From positions 1-43,904 of the forward strand of contig JAYZQJ010000185.1 in the NCBI GenBank assembly GCA_036149055.1: 43,904 nt of DNA, given 5' to 3'. The notes beneath the pieces are model-generated. The model had not been told where the DNA came from and ran no database searches. It worked only from the letters and a program-made list of their open reading frames with translations. Shown here in pieces: positions 19,485 through 27,069 of this stretch (position 1 is the stretch's first letter; every line of letters begins with the position of its first letter). The translations under genes were made by a program, and so were the position numbers. This stretch comes from Myxococcota bacterium. GTDB taxonomy: Bacteria > Myxococcota_A > Polyangia > Polyangiales > Sandaracinaceae.

Positions 19485-20259
19485 GCACGCCGCTCGCGAC
19501 GACGGTCGCCGGGTCACCCAGCGTACCCTCCGTCGCGGCGCATGCTACACGGCCGAAGCGCCGATCGCGCGCCTGATAAGCGGCGATGGCGGCGTAGAAG
19601 TCCTCTTCCGAGAAGTCCGGCCACAGCGTGTCGGTGAAGACCATCTCGGCGTAGGCCGTCGCCCAGAGGAGGAAGTTGCTGACCCGCTGCTCGCCGCTGG
19701 TGCGGATGAGCAGGTCGACGGGACCGACCTCCATCGACGGAAGCACGGCGCCCATGAAGCGCTCGTCCACCGCCTCGGGGTCGAGCTCGCCGGAGGCGGC
19801 GCGGCGGGCGATCTCGCGCGCGGCGTCGGCGATCTCCTCGCGGCCGCCGTAGGAGAGCGCGAGGGTCAGGGTCATCCGGTCCAGCTCGGAGGTCTCGGCC
19901 ACGATCCGGTCGAGCACGTCGCCCACCCGGTCGGGGAGCCGCTCGCGGCGCCCGATCATGCGGAGGCGGATCCCGTTGCGGATGAGCTCGTCCCGCTCCG
20001 AGATCAGGAAGTCCTCGAGCAGAGTCATGAGCGCGTCGACCTCGAAGCGCGGACGATCCCAGTTCTGCTCGCTGAACGCGTAGAGCGTCAGGGCGTCGAG
20101 GCCGAGCCGTCGCGCCGAGCGCACCGTGCGCCGCACCGACTCGCTCCCTTCGCGGTGGCCGAGGGTGCGCAGGAAGCCCTGCTTCTGAGCCCAGCGCCCG
20201 TTGCCATCCATGATGATGGCCACGTGCTTGGGGAGACGCCGAAGGTCCAAAAGGGGCAC
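19477..20259 (-). CDS. uppS: Undecaprenyl-diphosphate synthase
   Basis: PKHVAIIMDGNGRWA, LYAFSEQNW.RP, LSYGGREEI, DLLIRTSGEQRVSNFLLW and RDRRFG. Confidence 0.95.
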   Translation of the reverse strand: MPLLDLRRLPKHVAIIMDGNGRWAQKQGFLRTLGHREGSESVRRTVRSARRLGLDALTLYAFSEQNWDRPRFEVDALMTLLEDFLISERDELIRNGIRLRMIGRRERLPDRVGDVLDRIVAETSELDRMTLTLALSYGGREEIADAAREIARRAASGELDPEAVDERFMGAVLPSMEVGPVDLLIRTSGEQRVSNFLLWATAYAEMVFTDTLWPDFSEEDFYAAIAAYQARDRRFGRVACAATEGTLGDPATVVASGVHA

Positions 20260-20371
20260 GATGCCGAGCTATCACCGGCCGAGGGGGCCTTCAAGCAGGC
20301 GCGCGTGAACGGTCGCTGGGTGGAGGCGAGCCGCAGCGAGGCGTGGTTGGCTCGTTTGGCCCAGGCAGTAT

Positions 20372-22486
20372 CTACTGAGATACAGAGGCGATGACGTCCC
20401 CCTCCTGGAGCTGGTCGATCACGTCGATGCCTTCGACCACCTGGCCGAATGCGGTGTACCGGCCCTCCAGATGGGGCTGGGGGGTGTGGGTGACGAAGAA
20501 CTGGCTGCCGCCGGTGTCCCGGCCCGCGAGCGCCATGCCCACGGTTCCCCGGGTGTAGCTCAGCCGGTTGTCCTCGCAGCGCTGCCACCACCCGGGGCCT
20601 CCGTAGCCGTCGCCGCGGGGATCGCCGCCCTGCACGACGAAGGCGGGGACGACGCGGTGAAAGCTCAGCCCGTCGTAGAACCCGTCGGCGGCCAGGCTCG
20701 AGATTCGCCGCACGGTCACCGGGGCGGCGTCCGGGCGCAGCTCGACGACGAACGGGCCGCGGCTGGTCTCGAACCGGAGCCGGGGCCTCGCGGCGGCGTC
20801 GGGAACGCTGTCTGGCGCTGCACCGTCGGGGACCGGCCGCCAATCGCCGGGGAGGTCCTGGTCCCACTGGGTGAGGAGCTCCCGCGCCGGTTGGCGGACC
20901 CCGTGACTCGGGTGGGTCGCCAGCGGAAGCAGCCGGTCGGCGAGGGCCCGGGCGTCGGTCGCCTCCAGGGCGTCGATCCAGCTCACCCAGGTCTCGAGCT
21001 CGTCCTCCGGGGTCTGCTCGGCCATGGCGCGCAGGGCGGCGCGCACCTCCTCCATGGGCAGGGGCGGAGGCACGACCTCGGGATCGATGGGGCGTCTGGC
21101 GATCCGGGCGAGCGTGGACGCAGCGCTCGCCCGAACCCCGGCGTCGTTCACGTGAAACGCCTCCAGGACGAGGGAGGTCGCCTCGGAGAGCGGGATGGCG
21201 GCCGCCGCCTCGACGGCGGCTTGCTGGACCCGAGGCTCGCCGGTCTCGAACAGCCGCCTGAGGAACACCACGCGCTGGGCGTGGGCTCCGTCGAGGTCCC
21301 GGAGCACGTGGGCGGCCCGGACCCGTCTCGCGGTGTCGTCGATCACGTCTCCGCCGCAGCGCTCCACCCGGCTCGGCCACCCGCGGCCCCGGTCGACGAG
21401 CTCGGCGGCGGCGCAGTGCGCCAGGGCGCGGTCTCTGGGGTGGCCGCCCTCGAGCTGCTCCAGCTCCCGGTGGAGCTCGGCCGCGAGGTCGTGGACCGGG
21501 CCGCTTCGGGCGACCCCGCCCGCGGCCGCGAAGGCGGTGAGGAGACGGTGGGTCGGTCCGCCGGCTTCGAGGGCTCCGTCCACGATCACCGCGCTCACGG
21601 TGGCGCGGAGCGCGCGGGCGATCGCCGTGGGCCCGTCGTCGACGCCGGGGGCGCGCTGGCCGAGCGCCCGGAGGGCCTGGACCGCGACCCGCCAGTCTTC
21701 GTCGAGGACGCCTGGCTGGAGGACCTCGAGGGTGATTCCCGGCTCGCTCGCCGCCGCGCGGTACGCGAACGCCCGGACGTCGGCGCTGGGGTCGGCGAGG
21801 GCCAGGCCGAGGGAGGCGGCCACTCCCTCCTCCCGGGGCCCGGGGGTGAGACGTCCCAGGGCGTAAGCGCAGGCTCGTCGAACGGGCTCCGGCTGGTCCG
21901 GGTCGAGGAGCACGGCGAGCCGGGGTCTCAATCCGACGGGGCTCGGCTCCCCCGCCAGCCCCCACTCGGCGGAAGCGAGACAGGCGGCCTCTCGCTCCAG
22001 GGGGCTCTCGGCGTCGGACGCGGCGCGGATCGCTGGCAGCGCGTTCGGATGATGGGTGCGGCCCAGGTCGCGTATCAGGATCGCTCGGTGCGTGGGGTCG
22101 CGCTCAGCCGCGAGGGCGCCGGCGAGGAGCGCGGTCGCGGCTTCGCCTCCGGAGCTGGCGACGGCGAGCGACGCGGCCTCCCGGACCGTGGGATCGGTGT
22201 CACGGAGGAACCGCCCCAGAAGGGGGAGATCTCGGCTCCGGTTCCTCGCGAGGCCGAGCAGGGCCTCACGACGGATCCCTGGGTCGGAGCTCGAGAGGGC
22301 GTCCCGGAGGGGCTCATCGATTCGCCGGTCGGCGGCCGCGATGAGGGCCTCGCGGCTGACACGGACTTCGGCGGCTGGCGTCGGCTCGGGGGGTGTGGAG
22401 GCGGCTTCGGGCTCATCGCACGACGTCACCGCAAGCGTGAGGCAGAGCAAGGCGGCCCAGGTGACCGTCGTGGCGTGACCACACAT
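20372..22486 (-). CDS. Lipoprotein with HEAT repeats and a C-terminal cyclophilin-type PPIase
   Basis: Lipobox LAVTSC, repeated D.DP.VR.AA..AL HEAT units, and cyclophilin motifs FYDGLSFHRVVP.FVVQGGDP, GTVGMA, GGSQFF and HLEGRYTAFG. The track's extension to 22570 only translates parS sites. Confidence 0.88.
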   Translation of the reverse strand: MCGHATTVTWAALLCLTLAVTSCDEPEAASTPPEPTPAAEVRVSREALIAAADRRIDEPLRDALSSSDPGIRREALLGLARNRSRDLPLLGRFLRDTDPTVREAASLAVASSGGEAATALLAGALAAERDPTHRAILIRDLGRTHHPNALPAIRAASDAESPLEREAACLASAEWGLAGEPSPVGLRPRLAVLLDPDQPEPVRRACAYALGRLTPGPREEGVAASLGLALADPSADVRAFAYRAAASEPGITLEVLQPGVLDEDWRVAVQALRALGQRAPGVDDGPTAIARALRATVSAVIVDGALEAGGPTHRLLTAFAAAGGVARSGPVHDLAAELHRELEQLEGGHPRDRALAHCAAAELVDRGRGWPSRVERCGGDVIDDTARRVRAAHVLRDLDGAHAQRVVFLRRLFETGEPRVQQAAVEAAAAIPLSEATSLVLEAFHVNDAGVRASAASTLARIARRPIDPEVVPPPLPMEEVRAALRAMAEQTPEDELETWVSWIDALEATDARALADRLLPLATHPSHGVRQPARELLTQWDQDLPGDWRPVPDGAAPDSVPDAAARPRLRFETSRGPFVVELRPDAAPVTVRRISSLAADGFYDGLSFHRVVPAFVVQGGDPRGDGYGGPGWWQRCEDNRLSYTRGTVGMALAGRDTGGSQFFVTHTPQPHLEGRYTAFGQVVEGIDVIDQLQEGDVIASVSQ
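21144..21159. promoter_or_regulatory. Degenerate parS-like site inside the PPIase gene
   Basis: tcgTTCACGTGAAACg compared with consensus TGTTTCACGTGAAACA. Confidence 0.5.
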
Positions 22487-22493
22487 GACGTGA

Positions 22494-22509
22494 CGTTTCA
22501 CGTGAAACC
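22494..22509. promoter_or_regulatory. parS: parS site (ParB loading site)
   Basis: cGTTTCACGTGAAACc, a perfect 14-bp palindromic core. Confidence 0.88.
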
Positions 22510-22528
22510 ATGGCTGGCGATGGCGTGA

Positions 22529-22544
22529 CGTTTCACGTGAAACG
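22529..22544. promoter_or_regulatory. parS: parS site (ParB loading site)
   Basis: CGTTTCACGTGAAACG, a perfect 16-bp palindrome 35 bp from the previous site. Confidence 0.9.
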
Positions 22545-22635
22545 CTGGAAGCCTGGGGAGTCATGCGCACAACCTCTCACGCCCGATCCCTCTGATCCAT
22601 CTCTCCTCGAACCTGTCAGCGATCGGGTAGGCACG

Positions 22636-23765
22636 GGGGACAATTTGCTCTCGCAAAGCCGCCAAGCCGCAAAGGGGGTGGGGGGCGACGGGGTGGAGGG
22701 GACGCCGGGGTGTGGCGGTCGCCACCCACCTCCTTACTGATGGCTCCGCGTGGCGAGCCTCCATCTCCTCGCCTGCTCGTCCCTTTGCGGCTTGGCGGCT
22801 TGGCGCGAGCCAACCCTGGAGCCTTCGGTCGCGGGACGCGGAGAACGACAAATACTTACTCACGCAAAGACGCGAAGACGCAACGGGGCTGGGGGGCCGC
22901 AGGATGGAGGGACGCCGGGGTGTGGTGGTCGCCACCGCCCTCAATGTCAGGACGTGGGGGCTCTCGCAGAGGCGCAGAGACGCAGAGCCGCAGAGACGCT
23001 CGTGGGGCGTGCCGCCCGTGGGACGCAATGGCGAGGCTCCATCCCCTGGGCTGCTCGTCCCTCTGCGGCTTGGCGGCTTGGCGGCTTGGCGCGAGCCAAC
23101 TCTGGAGCCTTCGGAGCCCTAGACTCGGAAGAACGACAATTACTCACGCAAAGACGCAAAGACGCAAAGGGGATGGGGGGCCGCGGGATGGAGGGACGCC
23201 GGGGTGTGGCGGGCGCCACCGACCTCGATGTCTGGACGTGGGGGCTCTCGCAGAGGCGCAGAGACGCAGAGGGGCTCGTGGGGGCGCGCCGAGCTGGGGG
23301 ACGCGATGGCGCGGCTCCATCCCGTCGCCCTGCTCGTCCCTTGGCGGCTTTGCGGCTTGGCGAGAGCCCATTCTGGAGCCTTCGGAGCCCTGGACTCCGA
23401 GGACGGCAATTACTCACGCAAACGGCCGCGCGATGGAGGGCCGCGCGATGGAGGGACGCCGGGGTGTGGCGGTCGCTGGCCCCGAGCTCGACGAGCTGGG
23501 GTCACTCGCAGAGACTGAGAGTCCAGCGGGGGCGCGCCGCGCTGATGGGGACGCGATGGCGTCGCCGTGGTCGTCCCTTGGCGGCTTTGCGGCTTGGCGA
23601 GAGCCCATTCTGGAGCCTTCGGAGCCCCGCACTCCGAGGACGACGCGCCGCGGTGACGGGGGAGCCGTTGGCGAGGCTCCATCCCGTCGCCTGGCCGTCC
23701 CTTCGGGGCTTGGCGGCTCGGCGAGAGCCCATTCTGGAGCCTTCGGAGGCCCGCACTCGGAGGGC
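22636..23765. repeat. Intergenic composite repeat cluster B: about five degenerate tandem units with inverted 8-nt-repeat arms
   Basis: Anchors gacgccggggtgtgg at 22701, 22911, 23195, 23455; ctggagccttcgg at 22816, 23102, 23373, 23610, 23734; ttactcacgcaaa at 22856, 23140, 23410. A 28/30 inverted repeat at 22647-22676 / 22781-22810. Confidence 0.92.
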
Positions 23766-23787
23766 GGCGAAGGACGTGTCCCCGACC

Positions 23788-23803
23788 TGTGTCACGTGAA
23801 ACA
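23788..23803. promoter_or_regulatory. parS: parS site (1 mismatch)
   Basis: TGTgTCACGTGAAACA, 15/16 match to consensus, just upstream of bioF. Confidence 0.8.
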
Positions 23804-23848
23804 CGGTCGGCTTTGACCATCCCGCGGCTCCGACCCATGCTCCCGCCG

Positions 23849-25006
23849 ATGGACCTCGACCACGAGCTCCGCGCCGAGCTGGGGGCGCTGCGAGACGCCG
23901 GCCTCCTGCGCGAGCCCCCTACCCTCACCCGCCTGTCCGACGGGCAGTTCGCGCTGGGAGATCGGCCCCTCCTGGTCTTCTGCTCCAACGACTACCTGGG
24001 CCTCGCGGACGATCCCGCGCTGATCGAAGCCGCGCGTGACGCCCTGGGAGAGCACGGCCTCGGTGGCGGCGCCTCGCGACTAGTCTCCGGGACCCGCACC
24101 GCCCACCGAGACGCCGAACGCGCCCTCGCCGCTTGGGTGGGAGCCGACGCCGCCCTCCTCTTCTCCTCCGGCTACGCCGCCAACGTCGGCGCGCTGAGCA
24201 CATTGCTCCGCAAAGGCGACGTCGCCTTCAGCGACCGCCTCAACCACGCGTCGCTCATCGACGGGCTCCGGGCCAGCCGGGCGAAGGTCCACATCTACGG
24301 CCATGGCGACGTCGACCACCTCGAGTGGCTTCTCCGCCGCCATCGCCCGGAAGGCGACCGAGCATTCGTCGTCTCCGACACCCTGTTCTCCATGGACGGC
24401 GACGTCGCCCCGGTGGAGGCCCTGAGGGAGCGCGCCGACGCCCACGACGCCGCCCTCTACGTCGACGAGGCGCACACGCTCGGCGTGATCGGCGCCGGCG
24501 AAGGGCTCTGCCGGGAGCTCGGCGTTCGACCCGACGTGGTCGTGGGGACCCTGGGCAAGGCGACCGGGCTCTCGGGTGCCTTCGTCGCCGGCAGCGCGCC
24601 GCTGCGCGCCCTGCTCGAGAACCGCGCCCGGAGCTTCGTGTTCTCCACCGCGATCCCTCCGTTCCTCGCCGCCGTGATCACCGCCTCGGTTCAGCGCGTC
24701 CGGCACGCGGCCGACGCCAGGGCTCGCCTCGCCCAGCACGCCACCCGCATCCGCTCCCACCTCCGGGCGCGGGGATGGAACGTGCCGGAGGGCGAGTCCC
24801 CGATCATCCCGGTGCACGTCGGCGAGAGCGCGGAGACCATGAGGCTCTCCGCGGCCCTCCTCGACCGCGGCGTCTTCGTGCAGGGCATCCGTCCCCCCAC
24901 GGTGCCCCAGGGCACGAGCCGGCTCCGGATCGTGCCGACCGCGGCGCATCGGGCCGCCGACATCGACGCCCTCCTCGAGGCGTTCGACGGACTCCATGTC
25001 ACGTGA
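23849..25006 (+). CDS. bioF: 8-amino-7-oxononanoate synthase
   Basis: FCSNDYLGLA, GGGASRLVSG, SSGYAAN, SDRLNHASLIDG, FSMDGD, VDEAH, GTLGKA (PLP Lys) and GIRPPTVP.GTSRLR. Start could be 23837. Confidence 0.94.
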   Translation: MDLDHELRAELGALRDAGLLREPPTLTRLSDGQFALGDRPLLVFCSNDYLGLADDPALIEAARDALGEHGLGGGASRLVSGTRTAHRDAERALAAWVGADAALLFSSGYAANVGALSTLLRKGDVAFSDRLNHASLIDGLRASRAKVHIYGHGDVDHLEWLLRRHRPEGDRAFVVSDTLFSMDGDVAPVEALRERADAHDAALYVDEAHTLGVIGAGEGLCRELGVRPDVVVGTLGKATGLSGAFVAGSAPLRALLENRARSFVFSTAIPPFLAAVITASVQRVRHAADARARLAQHATRIRSHLRARGWNVPEGESPIIPVHVGESAETMRLSAALLDRGVFVQGIRPPTVPQGTSRLRIVPTAAHRAADIDALLEAFDGLHVT

Positions 25007-25010
25007 AACG
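24995..25010. promoter_or_regulatory. Degenerate parS-like site overlapping the bioF stop and bioD start
   Basis: caTgTCACGTGAAACg. Confidence 0.5.
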
Positions 25011-25688
25011 GCTCGCGGCCTGTTCGTCACCGCCACCGGGACGGGGATCGGAAAGACCTGGCTGACCCGCGGGCTCGCGAGCGCGCTCCGGGCCCACGGC
25101 GCCCCGGTCATCGCCCTCAAGCCCATCGAGACCGGCTGCGACCCCGAGCCCCTCGACGCGGTGGCGCTCGCCGAGGCGTGCGGCCGCCCGGAGCTCGCCG
25201 ACGCCCCAGGTCTCCACCGCGGGAGGCTTCCCCTCAGCCCCTGGGCGGCCACCCTGCGCGGCGACGCGCCTTACGACCACCCGCGGGTCGTCTCGAGCAC
25301 CCGCGCTTTGCTCGCCGAGCACGCAGGCGTGCACCTGGTCGAAGGCGCGGGGGGCGTGCTCGTCCCGCTGGACGAGGAGCACGACATCCTCGACCTGGTG
25401 CGAGACCTGGCGCTGCCCCTCGTGCTCGCGGCGGCCGACGCGCTCGGGACCCTGTCCCACACCCTGACCGCGGTGGAGAGCTGCGCTCGGCGCGGCATCA
25501 CGCCGCGCGCGGTGGTGATGACCGGGAACCGGGTCGAAGACGACGCGGGATCGAACCGCGCCTTGCTCGCGCGTCGCCTCGACGTCCCGGTGCTCGCCTT
25601 CACTCCGCGAGACGAGAGCGACCTGGCGCGGGCCGCCGAGCCGCTCCTCGCCCCGCTCGGGCTCACTCGAAGGCGGCCAGCCCCGTAA
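24996..25688 (+). CDS. bioD: Dethiobiotin synthase
   Basis: LFVTATGTGIGKT, LKPIETG, VEGAGG..VPL and LGTLSHT. Confidence 0.92.
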   Translation: MSRETARGLFVTATGTGIGKTWLTRGLASALRAHGAPVIALKPIETGCDPEPLDAVALAEACGRPELADAPGLHRGRLPLSPWAATLRGDAPYDHPRVVSSTRALLAEHAGVHLVEGAGGVLVPLDEEHDILDLVRDLALPLVLAAADALGTLSHTLTAVESCARRGITPRAVVMTGNRVEDDAGSNRALLARRLDVPVLAFTPRDESDLARAAEPLLAPLGLTRRRPAP

Positions 25689-26832
25689 TGTCCTGACCCA
25701 CGATCAGGGTGTGGATGTCGTGGGTGCCCTCGTAGGTGTAGACGGTCTCCAGGTTCATCATGTGCCGACCCACCGGGTACTCGTACATGATGCCGTTGGC
25801 GCCGAGGACGTCCCGCGCCATGCGCGCGATCTCGAGCGCCATCGACACGTTGTTCCGCTTGGCGAGCGAGATGTGCGGCGGCTTGATCTTGCCGGACTCC
25901 TTGAGCCGGCCGAGCCGGAGGGTCAGGCACTGCGCCTTGGTGATCTCGCTGAGCATGTGCACCAGCTTCTGCTGCACGAGCTGGTAGCCGGCGATGGGAC
26001 GCGAGAACTGCTTGCGGTCCTTCGCGTACTCGAGCGCCGTCTCGTAGCAGCTCATCGCCGCGCCAATCGCGCCGAAGCAGATCCCGTATCGCGCTTGAGA
26101 CAAACACGAAAGAGGTCCGCGCATCCCCACCACGCCGGGGAGGATGGCGTCCTCGCCGACCTCGCAGTCCTCGAAGAAGAGCTCGCTGGTCACCGACGCG
26201 CGCAGGCTGAACTTGTCGTCGATCTTGCGGGTCGAGTACCCGGGGGTGCCCTTGGGCACGAGGAAGCCGCGCACCTTGCCGCCGTCGAGCTTCGCCCAGA
26301 CGATGGCGACGTCGGCGAGGTCACCGTTGGTGATCCAGCGCTTGGTGCCGTTGATGCGGAAGCCGCCGCCCGGCAGCGTCTCGGCCTTGGTGATCATGCC
26401 GGACGGGTTCGAGCCGAAGTCCGGCTCGGTGAGCCCGAAGCAGCCGATCAGCTCGCCGGCCGCCATGCCCGGGAGCCAGCGCTCCTTCTGCGCCTCGGAG
26501 CCGAAGGCGTGGATCGGGTACATGCAGAGCGAGCCCTGCACGGAGCAGAAGGAGCGGACGCCCGAGTCGCCCCGCTCGAGCTCCTGCATCGCGAGCCCGT
26601 AGGCGATGTCGCCCATGCCCGCGCAGCCGTAGCCCTCGAGGTTGGCGCCGAGCAGCCCGAGGTCGGCGAACTTCGGCACCAGGTCCATCGGGAAGGTGCC
26701 CGCCTGGTAGTGCTCGCCGATGACGGGCACGACCTCCTTGTCGACGAAGCGGCGCACGTTGTCCCGCACCAGCCGCTCCTCGTCGGTGAGCTCCTCGTCG
26801 AGGCCGTAGTAGTCCACTCCGCTGAACGCCAT
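25663..26832 (-). CDS. Acyl-CoA dehydrogenase, glutaryl-CoA dehydrogenase-like
   Basis: ELERGDSGVRSF.SVQ.SL, GCFGLTEPDFGSNP, G.KRWITNG, LRASVT, R.QF.RPIAGYQLVQ and NLETVYTYEGTHDIH. Overlaps the bioD 3' end convergently. Confidence 0.9.
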   Translation of the reverse strand: MAFSGVDYYGLDEELTDEERLVRDNVRRFVDKEVVPVIGEHYQAGTFPMDLVPKFADLGLLGANLEGYGCAGMGDIAYGLAMQELERGDSGVRSFCSVQGSLCMYPIHAFGSEAQKERWLPGMAAGELIGCFGLTEPDFGSNPSGMITKAETLPGGGFRINGTKRWITNGDLADVAIVWAKLDGGKVRGFLVPKGTPGYSTRKIDDKFSLRASVTSELFFEDCEVGEDAILPGVVGMRGPLSCLSQARYGICFGAIGAAMSCYETALEYAKDRKQFSRPIAGYQLVQQKLVHMLSEITKAQCLTLRLGRLKESGKIKPPHISLAKRNNVSMALEIARMARDVLGANGIMYEYPVGRHMMNLETVYTYEGTHDIHTLIVGQDITGLAAFE

Positions 26833-26900
26833 CTCTGCTCCTTCTTCGGAGCCGGAAAATGAGGGCGATCACCGACCTTCGCCAGGCGTTCCCTCACCCC

Positions 26901-26928
26901 TTGCCACCCCCTCGGCCATGTGTATACT
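26901..26928 (+). promoter_or_regulatory. sigma70-type promoter of tRNA-Ala
   Basis: TTGCCA (26901-26906), 16-nt spacer, TATACT (26923-26928), then a GC-rich discriminator before the tRNA. Confidence 0.75.
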
Positions 26929-26939
26929 CCGCGCTCCTC

Positions 26940-27012
<73 letters not shown>

Positions 27013-27016
27013 CTCG

Positions 27017-27060
27017 GAAACGCAAGAAGGCCACCCAATCGGGTGGCCTTTTCGCGTTTC
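27017..27060. terminator. Hairpin terminator, probably bidirectional, between tRNA-Ala and the convergent kinase
   Basis: gaaacgc-aag-aaggccaccc-aatc-gggtggcctt-ttc-gcgtttc. Confidence 0.8.
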
Positions 27061-27069
27061 GCCCAGACC

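Noticed and set aside
22487..22570. N-terminal extension of the PPIase ORF (VSRETS...WFHVKRH)
   Set aside because: These peptides are translations of the parS palindromes, and the lipoprotein signal fits a start at or after 22486.
22636..23765. CRISPR array interpretation of clusters A and B
   Set aside because: Repeats are degenerate and occur in both orientations, the intervening sequences are homologous to each other rather than unique, periods are roughly 90-290 bp, and there are no cas genes in the window.
22561..23816. ORFs across repeat cluster B (e.g. 22710..23816, 22750..23799)
   Set aside because: Same reason: SRKDAKTQR and LAALRLGES peptides are by-products of the 8-nt repeats, and varying 8-mer copy number shifts the frame between units.
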